A stretch of 64,000 bases of DNA from Pristiophorus japonicus (Eukaryota): assembly GCF_044704955.1 (NCBI RefSeq), contig NC_091977.1:11284001-11348000 (forward strand), given 5' to 3'. The notes below the pieces were generated by a model that worked only from the letters and a program-made list of their open reading frames with translations, was not told where the DNA came from and did no database searches. The translations under genes and the position numbers were made by a program. This document shows positions 23,410-34,391 of this stretch, piece by piece; the first letter of the stretch is position 1; every line of letters starts with the position of its first letter.

Positions 23410-24257
23410 ACAGTTATACAGGGTAATGGTGAGGCCACACCTGGAATACTGCATGCAGTTTTGGTTTCCATATTTACAAAAGGATATACTTGCTTTGGAG
23501 GCTGTTCAGAGAAGGTTCACTAGGTTGATTCCGGGGATGAGGGGGTTGACTTATGAGGAAAGGTTGAGTAGGTTGGGTCTCTACTCGTTGGAATTCAGAA
23601 GAATAAGAGGTGATCTTATCAAAACATATAAGATTATGAGGGGGCTTGACAAGGTGGATGCAGAGAGGATGTTTTCACTGATAGGGGAGACTAGAACTAG
23701 GGGGCATAATCTTAGAATAAGGGGCCGCCCATTTAAAACTGAGATGAGGAGTCATTTCTTCTCTCAGAGGGTTGTCAATCTGTGGAATTCGCTGCCTCAG
23801 AGAGATGTGGAAGCTGGGACATTGAATAAATTTAAGACATAGATAGACAGTTTCTTCACCGATAAGGGAATGTGAGGTTATGGGGAGCGGGCAGGGAAGT
23901 GGACCTGAGTCCATGATCAGATCAGCCATGATCGTATTAAATGGCGGAGCAGGCTCGAGGGGCTATATGGCCTACTCCTGCTCCTATTTCTTATGTCCTT
24001 ATGAGTATGGGGGGTGGGGAAAAGGCTGTTTCACTAACAGTCAAGAATAATCCGATTGGATAACAAAGAATCTGTTCCATTTCCAATTGGCCATGGAAAG
24101 GCAGTAGCGCCAGGAGAATGGACCAATGGCGAGTGTGAGGTCGGGGTGGTTCAAGGCCGCAGGTCATGTGATCATAGAGGAAACCTTAGTAGTATTCTGG
24201 CTGAAAGCAAGTATAAATCCCACGATGGTGGTTTGAGAATTTCAATAGAGTTTAAAT

Positions 24258-24785
24258 TGAGGTCATCCAAAACTCAGCTGCCCATGTCCTAACTCGCACC
24301 AAGTCTCGTTCACCCATCACCCCTGTGCTCACTGACTTACATTGGCTCCCGGTTAAGTCATGCCTCGATTTTAAAATTCTCCTCCTGGTTTTCAAATGCC
24401 TCTATGGCCTCGGCCCTCCCTATCATTGTAATCTCCTCCAGCCCCATAAACCTCCCCCCCCCACCATGCCCCCAGGAAATCTGCGCTCCTCTAATTCTGC
24501 CTTCTTGAGCATCCCTGATTATAATTGCTCCACCATCGATGGCTGTGCCTTTTGTTGCCTCGGCCCTAAGCTCTGTTATTCCCTCCCTAAACCTCTGCAC
24601 CTCTCTACCTCTCTTTCCTCTTTTAAGACGCTCCTTAAAATATACCTCTTTGACCAAGTTTTTGGTCATCTGTCCTAATATCGCCTTATGTGGTTCGGTG
24701 TCAAATTCTGTTGTATAACACTCCTGTGAAGCACCTTGGGACTTTTTATTATGTTAAAGGTGCTGTATCAATACAAGTTGTTGTA
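24258..24785 (+). mobile_element. L2-clade LINE 3' fragment
   Basis: LTDLHWLPV...FKILLLVFK.L.GL.P.Y; tail ...aatacaagttgttgt. Confidence 0.9.
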
Positions 24786-24808
24786 GAGTTAAAACAATAA
24801 AGCTGGTA

Positions 24809-25107
24809 CAGGTTGAACCTCTCTTATCCGGTCCCCTTGGGACTTGGCATGTGCTGGATAAGGGATTTTGCCGGATGAGGGGCGGTCACGTTAAATTGGA
24901 TTTACAGGTACAGAGCAAGGGGATATCGGGGCTGGCTGGCTTGGGGCTGGGAGTGTGGCAGAGAGATCGTGGAGGGGCAGCGCGGGGAGGGGGCGGGCGG
25001 GGGATTGCGGGGTCAGGCCAGCGATTGCCAGAGTCGGCAGCGAGGAAAGACACCAATTTGTTCCATTGTTTCATGTCGGAGAGGCCAGATAAGGGAGGCT
25101 CAACCTG
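24809..25107. mobile_element. Tc1/mariner (pogo/Tigger4-MER46-like) MITE with TA TSD
   Basis: TA|CAGGTTGAACCTCTCTTATCCGG ... CCAGATAAGGGAGGCTCAACCTG|TA; 23-bp imperfect TIRs. Confidence 0.88.
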
Positions 25108-25189
25108 TATTAGTAAAAGTGATCGTGAAGCTGTCTGATTGTCGTAAAAATCCAACTGGTTCACTAATGTCCCTTTAGGAAAGAAAACC

Positions 25190-28100
25190 CAGTCTGAGTT
25201 CAGGAGAGTCCGAGAGCTCAGTAGAGTTGGAGAGTCCGTGAGTTCAGGAGGTCTGGAATTCGGAGGTCTGAGTGGTCGGGAGGTCAGGAGGTCATGAATC
25301 CGAGAGTTCGGGAGGCCACAGAGGTCGGTGAGGTGAGTTGGTAAGTATCTCTCTCTTCTCTATTTTTTTTTTAATTAGATTTTAAACTATATAAGTCTAA
25401 CTAAAGGGATGGCAGGGCAGCTCAGTCCCGTGGAGTGCACATACTGCGGCTTAGACAACCATGTGTGCAGGAGGAGTCTCCGGCTTCACTACCCGAGCTC
25501 CGTGTTTCGGAGGTGGTCACCCCGCAGCCTAAAGGCCTGCAGGCAGAGGGGAAGTGGATGACCAACAGACAAAGTAAGAATGCTAGGCAGGTAGTGCAGG
25601 AGTCCCCCCCATGAGCCCATCTTGCTTTCAAACCGATATTCACTTCTGAGTATCAGTAAGGACAATGGTGCCTCTGGGGAGTGCAGCCAGGGCCAATTCC
25701 AAGGCACCATGGGTGGCTCAGCTGCACAAGGGGGAGGGATGAAGAATAAAAGAGCTCTAGTGATAGGGGATTCTATAGTTCGGGGAACAGACAGACGTTT
25801 CTGCGGCCGTAGACGTGATTCCCGAATGGTTTGCTGCCTCCCTGGGTGGAACGCAGGGCATTCTGGGGGGTGGAGGGTAAACAGCTAGAGGTTGTGGTCC
25901 ATATCGGGACCAACGACATCGGTAAAAAGAGGGATGAGGTCCTACAGGCAGAATTCAGGGAGTTAGGAAGAAAATTAAAGGGTAGGACTTCAAAGGTAGT
26001 AATCTCAGGAGAGAAAGCAGGAAAGGAGTACTGAGGGAATGATCAGCCATGATCTTATTGAATGGTGGTGCAGGCTCGAAGGGCTGAATGGCCTACTCCT
26101 GCACCTATTTTCTAGGTTTCTATGTTACTACCGGTGACACATGCTAATGAGTACAAGAATAGAAGGATTGAGAGGATGAACACGTGGCTGGAGAGTTGGC
26201 GTAGGAGGGAGGGCTTTAAATTCTTGAGGCATTGGGACTGCTTCTGGGGGACATGGGACCTGTACAAACTGGATGGGTTGCACCTCAACAGTACCGGGAC
26301 CAATATCCTCGCGGGAAGTTTTGCCAATGCTGTTGTTGAGAGTTTAAACTAGCTTGGCAGGGAGATGGGAACCTGAGAACAAATTCAATAGGGAAGGAAG
26401 TAAAGCAGAAGTTGGATAGCAAGAATCTAGGAAGCGAATCTGTAAGAAGAGGAAACAAGGCTTAGTATGTAGTAAACAAGGAGGTCTTCCTGTGCTGAAT
26501 GGTATATACTTTAATGCAAATAAGGCGAATGAGCTAAGAGCACAGGGAGACACTAGGGAGTATGACATTATAGCCATTACAGAAACATGGATGAAAGTGG
26601 GGCAGGTTTGGCAGATCAATATTCCTGGCTCCAGGATTTTTAGACAAGACAGAGAGGGGGTAAAAAGGCCGGGGGCGGGGTGGGGGACGTCGCGGTTCTG
26701 ATTAAAGAAACTATTACAGCGGTGAGGAGGGATGATATGTTAGAGGGATCATCAAATGAGGCCATATGGGTCGAATTGAAAAATAAAAAAGGGTCAATCA
26801 CACTGCTGGGAGTGTATTATAGACCCCAAACAGTGGGAGAGAGATAGAGGAGCAAATATGTAGGCAAATTGCTGTGAAGTCCAAAAACCATAGGGTAGTA
26901 ATAGTAGGGGATTTCAACTATCCAAATATTGATTGTGACAAATTTAGTGTGAAGGGTATAGAGGGTGCGAAATTCTTGAAATGCATTCAAGAGAACTTTT
27001 TAGTCAGTATGTATCAAGCCCAACACGAGAGGGGGCGGTTTTGGATTTAGTTTTGGGGAATAAAGCTGGGCAGGCTGAAGGGACATTAGTGGGAGAGTAC
27101 TTGGGTGCCAGTGACCATAATTCAGTCAGATTCAAGTTGGGTATGGATAAGGACAAGGATAGGCCTGGAATAAAAGTCCCGAATTGGGGAAAAGCTAATT
27201 TTGCTAAGTTAAGAAATGATTTGGCCATAGTGGACTGGAAACAGCTACTTGTGGGTAAATCAGTGTCGGAACAGTGGGAGGCATTCAAGGAGGAGATCCA
27301 GAAGGCTCAGGCCAAACATGTACCCTTAAAGAAAAAGGGTGTGAATAATAATTCTAGAACCCCCTGGATGTCTAGGGACTTACAGGGGAGGATTAAGAAA
27401 AAAAAGGATGCTTATGTCATATACCAATGGCTAAATACTATAGAATCTTTAGAAGAATATAGAAAGTTGAGAGGCAAAATTAAAAAGAATATTAGAAATG
27501 CTAAGAGAGAGCATGAGAAATTCTTGGCCAGTAAAATTAAGGAAAACCCAAAGATGTTCTATAAATACATTAAGAATAAGAGGGTAACTAAAGAAAGGGT
27601 AGGGCCTATTAGAGACCATGAGGTAATCTTTGTGTGGAGGCGGAAGATGTTGGAAGGGTTCTTAACGAATACTTTGCATCTGTTTTCACAAAGGAAAGGG
27701 GCATTGCAGATATTGCTATCGAGGAGGAGTGTGATATTCTGGATGAAATAAATATAGTGAGAGAGGAAGTATTAAGGGGTTTAGCAGCTTTGAAAGTAGA
27801 TAAGTCCCCAGGCTCTGATGAAATGCATCCCAGGCTGTTGAGCGAAGTAATAGAGGAAATAGCAGAGGCCTTGACCATCATTTTCCAGTCCTCTTTGGAT
27901 CTGGGCATGATGCCGGAGGATTGGAGAACTGCTCATGTGGTACTCTTGTTTAAAAAGGGAAAAAGGGATAGGCCGAGTAATTACAGGCCTGTCAGCCGAA
28001 CCTCAGTGGTGGGAAAATTATTGGAAAAAATCCTGAAAGACAGGATAAATCTACATTTGGAAAGGCAAGGATTAATTAGGGACAGTCAGCACGGATTTGT

Positions 28101-29742
28101 TAAGGGAAGATCGTGTTTGACTAACCTGATTGAATTTTTTGAGGAGTAACCAAGCAGGTCGATGAGGGGAGTGCTAATGATGTAATGTATATGGACTTCA
28201 GCAAGACTTTTGATAAGGTCCCACATGGTAGACTGGTCACGAAGGTTAAAGTCCATGGGATCCAGGGAAAAGTGGCAAGTTGGATCCAAAAATTGGCTTC
28301 GAGGTAGGAAACAAAGGGAAATGATTGATGGATGTTTTTGTGACTGGAAGGATGTTTCCAGTGGAGTTCCACAGGGCTCAGTACTGGGTCCCTTGCTTTT
28401 TGTGGTATATATCAACGATTTAGATTTGAATATAGGGAGTATGATTAAGAATTTTGCAGACGACACTAAAATTGGCTGTGTGGTTGATAATGAAGAGGAA
28501 AACCATGATCTGCAGGAGGATATCAATCTACTGGTCAGGTGGGCAGAGCAGTGACAAATGGAATTTAATTCAGAGAAGTGTGAGGTAATGCACTTTGGGA
28601 GGGCTAATAAGGAAAGGGTGTACACATTAAGCAGTCAGCCACTTCATAGTGTAGATGAACAAAGGCACCTTGGCGTGCTTGTCCACAGATCCCTGAAAGT
28701 TGCAGGCCAGGGGGATAAGGTGGTTAAGAAGGCATATGGAATGCTTTCCTTTCTTGGTTGAGGCATGGAATACAAGTATTAAATTGTATAATACTTTGGT
28801 AAGGCCACAGCTGGAATACTGCGTGCAGTTCTGGTCGCCGTATTATAGGAAGGACGTGATTGCACTAGAAAGGGTGCAGAGGAGATTTACTAGGATGCTG
28901 CCTGGAATGGAGAATCTTAGTTATGAGGACAGATTGGATAGGCTGGGCTTGTTCTCATTGGAACAGAGGAAGTTGAGAGGAGACCTCATCGAGCTGTACA
29001 AAATACTGAGGGGCCTGGACATAGTGGATAGTAAGGGCCTATTTCCATTGGTGGAGGGGTCTATTACGAGGGGGCAAAGTTTTAAGGTGGTTGGTGGAAG
29101 GTTTAAAGGGGATGGTTGGTGGAAGGTTTAAAGGGGATGGTTGGTGGAAGGTTTAAAGGGGATTTGAGGGGGGCTTCTTTACGCAGAGGGTTGTGGGGAT
29201 CTGGAACTCGCTGCCTGGAAGAGTGGTGGATGCAGAAACCCTCACCACTTTTAAGAGATGGTTAGATGGGCATTTAAAGTGCCGCAACCTGCAGGGTTAT
29301 GAACCTAGAGCTGGTAATTGGGATTAGACTGGATAACATTTTATTGGCCGGCGCAGATATAATGGTAAGTACTGCAGGAAATCAAATATGGCCAGGGTGA
29401 TCTGTTAGACTAGTTTTGTTCACCTGGATGGGTCGGAGAGCAATTTTCCCAGATTTTTTTCTCCCTAAATTGGCCGGTTTTTATCTGTTTTTTTTCCTCT
29501 CTCGGGAGATCACATGGCTCCGGTTGGGGTGAAGTGTAGTAGGTTTCAGTCTAAGGGGTGCCGCAGTTGTGTGAGGTGGACTGGTTGGGCTGGGTGCTCT
29601 TTACATTTCCGTCATAGTTCATAGGTTTATATGTAACCTTTAGGGCTGCTGACTGAGGGCCGTGCAGTTCTTTGTCGGCCGGCACGGACACGATGGTCCG
29701 AAATGGCCTCCTTCTGCGCTGTAAATTTCTATGTTTTTATAT
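25190..29742 (+). mobile_element. Near full-length degenerate CR1 family B element
   Basis: Repetitive 5'UTR, ORF1 start ATG 25409, esterase motifs, EN, RT (26981-29131), extended 3'UTR and tail. Confidence 0.92.
26008..26123 (+). mobile_element. Very short CR1 family A 3'-tail insertion inside ORF1
   Basis: Host VVISG|LLPV split by gagaaagcagg...tttctatg. Confidence 0.85.
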
Positions 29743-30494
29743 GTGACTTCAGTCCCACATCAGCGTGGTTGACTCTTAACTGCCATCTGAAGTGGCCTAG
29801 CAAGTCACTCAATTTTATCAAAACTGCCGCACTGCAGTGATTCTGGAAGCAGCCTTCTCAGAAAGACGAGACTAAGTGGAGAGCTCTTACCGTGACCGAC
29901 ACATGCGCAACCTGCAGAGTGGCCTCTGCGCTGTGAGTGATTCCATGAGCAGAAGAACAGATTTGAGAAACGTGGCTCTAAGATTGGAGTACTATGCACC
30001 GTTCTGGTTTCAAAAAGTATATTTGAATCTGGTCTCCATATTACAAAAAGGGCCTGGAGAAAATGCTAAATACATTCACAATGATGAAACCACAACTGAG
30101 AGGATGAGGAAAGTTTGAACAGGCTGGGGTGTTTCTCTCTTTAAAAATAAAAGAGAAGCTTGAGCGGTGACCTGATAGAGGTCTTTAAATTTATGAAGGG
30201 GTTCGATAGAGTACTCGTGAAAAGATGTTTCCACTTTTGGGGAGTCCAAAATTAGAAATCATAAATATAAGCTAGTTACTATTTAATCCAATAGGGAATT
30301 CAGGAGAAATGTCTTTACCGAGAGAGTGGAACTTGCTACCTCGTGTAGTGGTTGAGGCAAATAGCACAGCTGCATTTAAGGGGAAGCTTCATAAATACAA
30401 GATGGAGAAAGGAATAAAATGATATGCCGGTATACCTGGAATACTGCGCGCAGTTTTGGTTTTCATATTTACGAAAGGATGTACTTGCTTTGGA

Positions 30495-30731
30495 GGCAGT
30501 TCAGAGAAGGTTCACAAGGTTGATTCCGGAGATGAGAGGGTTGACTTATGAGGAAAGGTTGAGTAGGTTGGGCCTCTACTCATTGGAATTCAGAAGAATG
30601 AGATATGATCTTATTTACAAAAGGATATACTTGCTGAATTCCAATGAGTAGAGGTTCAACCTACTCAACCTTTCCTCATAAGTCAACCCCCTCATCCCCA
30701 GAATCAACCTTGTGAACCTTCTTTGAACTTC
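30495..30731. repeat. About 100-bp inverted duplication of CR1 sequence (fold-back)
   Basis: 30495-30594 is the approximate reverse complement of 30633-30731. Confidence 0.85.
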
Positions 30732-30884
30732 CAGGTTAGATCAGTAGGGGTGGGAGGAGGATCGTGTGGAACATAAACACTGGCAGGGACCAGTTGGGCC
30801 GAATGGCCAGTTTCTGTGCTGCAAATTCAATATAATACACCCTCTGAAACATAACTAACTGACATCACATGTATTTTACGGTAC

Positions 30885-31862
30885 TATAAGAACAGAAGAA
30901 ATAGGAGCAGGAGTAGGCCATACTGCCCCTCGAACCTGCTTCGCCATTTAATATGATCATGGCTGATCCGATCATGGACTCAGCTCCACTTCCCTGCCCG
31001 CTACCCATAACTGCTTATTCCCTCATCGTTTAAGAAACTAACTATTTCTGCCTTAAATGTATTCAATGTCCCAGCTTCCACAGCTCTCTGAGGCAGCAAA
31101 TTCCACAGATTTACAACCCTCTGAGAGAAGAAATTTCTCCTCATCTCAGTTTTAAATGGGCGGCCCCTTATTCTAAGATTATGCCCTCTAGTTTTAGTCT
31201 CCCCTATCAGTGGAAACATCCTCTCTGCATCCACCTTGTCAAGCCTCCTCATAATCTTATATGTTTCAATAAGATCACCTCTCATTCTTCTGAATTCCAA
31301 TGAGTAGAGGCCTAACCTACTCAACCTTTCCTCATAAATCAACCCCCTCATCCCCGAAATCAACCTAGTGAACCTTCTCTGAACTGCCTCCAAAGCAAGT
31401 ATATCCTTTTGTAAATATGGAAACCAAAACTGCACGCAGTATTCCAAGTGTGGCCTCACCAAGACCATGTACAACTGTAGCAAGACTTCCCTGCTTTTGT
31501 ACACCATCCCCTTTGCAATAAAGGCCACAATTCCATTGGCCTTCTTGATCACTTGCCGTACCTGCATACTAACCTTTTGTGTTTCATGCACAAGTACCTC
31601 CGCTGTACTGCGGCACTTTGCAATCTTTCTCCATTTAAATAATAACTTGCTCTTTGATATTTTCTGCCAAAGTGCATGACCTCACACTCTTCAACATTAT
31701 ACTCCATCTGCCAAATGTTTGCCCACTCACTTAGCCTGTCTATGTCCTTTTGCAGATTTTTTGTGTCCTCCTCACACATTGCAGTCCCTCCCATCTTTGT
31801 ATCGGCAGCAAACTTAGCTACGTTACACTCGGTCCCCTCTTCCAAGTTGTTAATATAAATTG
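30885..31862 (-). mobile_element. CR1 3' fragment
   Basis: ORFs 31001-31591 and 31549-31905; tail near 30890. Confidence 0.92.
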
Positions 31863-32040
31863 ATAATACTATGCTGCAGTACATGTCTTTGGGGGTGACA
31901 CGCAACCTCTCTCTCCTCCACTCTCTAGATTGTCTCCAGGCCCAGCATCTCCTGGGACCTGTATAAGAGTTTTAGGCAAAGTGACTTCCCTCTATTATGC
32001 ATTTGTTGTTATGAGTGGTCTTGCCGTACAAACAAGTGTG

Positions 32041-32135
32041 TCAGCCTAGATTCTTGGGCTCAAGTCTCTGGAGTGGGACTTGAACTCACAACCTGTTGAC
32101 TCAGAGGCGAGAGTGCTTCCCACTGAGCCACGACG
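32041..32135 (-). mobile_element. tRNA-derived SINE head
   Basis: A box TGGCTCAGTGG and B box GTTCAAGTCC at typical spacing. Confidence 0.8.
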
Positions 32136-34391
32136 GGCACTTGGACAGACACTTGGTTGCCCAAGTGCTGTGCATTGTCAAGCTGTTACATTGAATATAC
32201 AGCCCAGAGCCAGATTCCCCCCGACCCCCTACTCTCCTGATGCTCATACCCATGCAGCACGTGAAAGTATAGTGTAGTATTAGGCAGTCCCTCGTGTCGA
32301 GGATGATCCACGTGAAACTAGAGTAGGGAACACAGGGCGCCTTCCTGCCCCTTCGCCCGGCTCCCCAGCTCGAGCTCAGAAAAATCGGCATTTTAAAATA
32401 AAGGAGAATTCATCGCCTGTAATCGTTCAACAGTGATGAATCATAATCAGAGCAAAGAACATGACTTCAAGATTACAGTGATCTTTATCTTACTCACTTC
32501 CTGCTAATTATAAATTTAAAGAAGTTCTGAATTCTTTCTTATTTCAAGGTTGACCACAACCAGTTAATATTTTCAGAGCAGAAACAGCAAAGAAAGGCTT
32601 GCATCTGAATATGATGTCGAAAATCGCAAGCTTCAACAACTCTTAAATACCAACGCCCTTCCTGATCCTTCATCCCATTGACTTTCCTCTGACCCCCATC
32701 CTTCCTTCCAATCTCACCCATTGTCGTGTTTTACCTCCACCCTTCTCCTCTCTGACCCCGAACCATCATTCCCTTACGGCACCACCTCATTAAATTTCGT
32801 GCTCGGCATGATGCTGAACCTTTGGCCATTTTTGGCCAGGAGTCTTCCCCCACCCCGCACAGCGGCACCTTCTCCAGTCCCTCTGTATCCTTTTTGCAAT
32901 ATGGAGACCAGAACCTTGGAGAAAGTTTGGCCTGGTGGGCTAGGGGAAGGAAGGGAGGTGGCAGAGGCAGCTGAACGGATGGTCTCAAACTTAGAGACAA
33001 AGAAGTCCATGAGCTCCTCACACTTTTTGTTGGAGATGAGGGGGAAGGAGACGGGGGAAGAAGGGTTTAAGAAGACGATTTGCAGTAGAGAAACATAGAA
33101 AATAGGTGCAGGAGTAGGCCATTCGGCCCTTTGAGCCTGTACCACCATTAAATAAGATCATGGCTGATCATTCCCTCAGTACCCCTTTCCTGCTTTCTCT
33201 CCATACCCCTTGATCTCTTTAGCCGTAAGGGCCATATCGAATTCCCTCTTGAATATATCCAATGAACTGGCATCAACAACTCTCTGCGGTAGGGAATTCC
33301 ACAAGTTAACAACTCTCTGAGTGAAGAAGTTTATCCTCATCTCAGTCCTAAATGGCTTACCCCTTATCTTTAGACTGTGTCCCTGGTTCTGGATTTCCCC
33401 AACATCAGCAACATTCTTCCTGCATCTAACCTGTCCAGTCCCATCAAAATTTTAAATGTCTCTATGAGATCCCCTCTCATCCTTCTAAACTCCAGTGAAT
33501 ACAGGCCCAGTCAATTCAGTCTCTCCTCATATGTCAGTCCTTCCATCCTGGGAATCAGTCTGATGAACCTTCGTTGCACTCCCTCAATAGCAAGAACGTC
33601 CTTCCTCAGATTAGGAGACCAAAACTGAACACAATATTCCAGGTGAGGCCTCACTAAGGCCCTGTACAACTGCAGTAAGACCTCCCTGCTCCTATACTCA
33701 AATCCTCTAGCTATGAAGGCCAACATACCATTTGCCTTCTTCATCGCCTGCTGTACCTGCATGCCAACTTTCAATGACTGATGTACCATGACACCAAGGT
33801 CTCGTTGCACCTCCCCTTTCCTCAATCTGCCGCCATTCAGATAATATTCTGCCTTCGTGTTTTTGCCACCAAAGTGAATAACCTCACATTTATCCACATT
33901 ATAGTGCATCTGCCATGCATTTGCTCACTCACCTAACCTGTCCAAGTCACCCTGCAGCCTCTTGGCATCCCCCTCACAGCTCACATCGCCACCCAGCTTA
34001 GTGTCATCTGCAAACGTGGAGATATTACACTCAATTCCTTCATCTAAATCATTAATGTATATTGTAAAGAGCTGGGGTCCCAGCACTGAGCCCTGTGGCA
34101 CCCCACTAGTCACTGCCTGCCATTCTGAAAAAGACCCGTTTATCCCGACTCTCTGCTTCCTGTCTGCCAACCAGTTCTCTATCCACGTCAGTACATAACC
34201 GCCAATACCATGTGCTTTGATTTTGCACACCAATCTCTTGTGCGGGACCTTGTCAAAAGCCTTCTGAAAGTCCAAATACACCACATCCACTGGTTCTCTC
34301 ATAGAAACATAGAAAATAGGTACAGGAGTAGGCCATTCGGCCCTTCTAGCCTGCACCGCCATTCAATGAGTTCATGGCTGAACATGCAACT

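Larger units (their letters stand above)
19730..24003 (+). mobile_element. CR1 host element with internal deletion, interrupted by 20323-22680 and 22928-23409
   Basis: RT pieces 19793-20200 and 22829-23842; tail ttcttatgtccttatg. Confidence 0.88.
24195..29870 (+). mobile_element. Old SINE-like element shattered into pieces (about 24195-24257, 24786-24808, 25108-25190, 29743-29870)
   Basis: Pieces appear to read colinearly once the L2, MITE and CR1 inserts are removed; family assignment is from pattern recall only. Confidence 0.55.

Noticed and set aside
32490-32510. Strong minus-strand donor GGAA|GTGAGT (similar at about 10000) as the Siglec-like leader exon
   Set aside because: No ATG-initiated hydrophobic signal peptide upstream in a suitable frame
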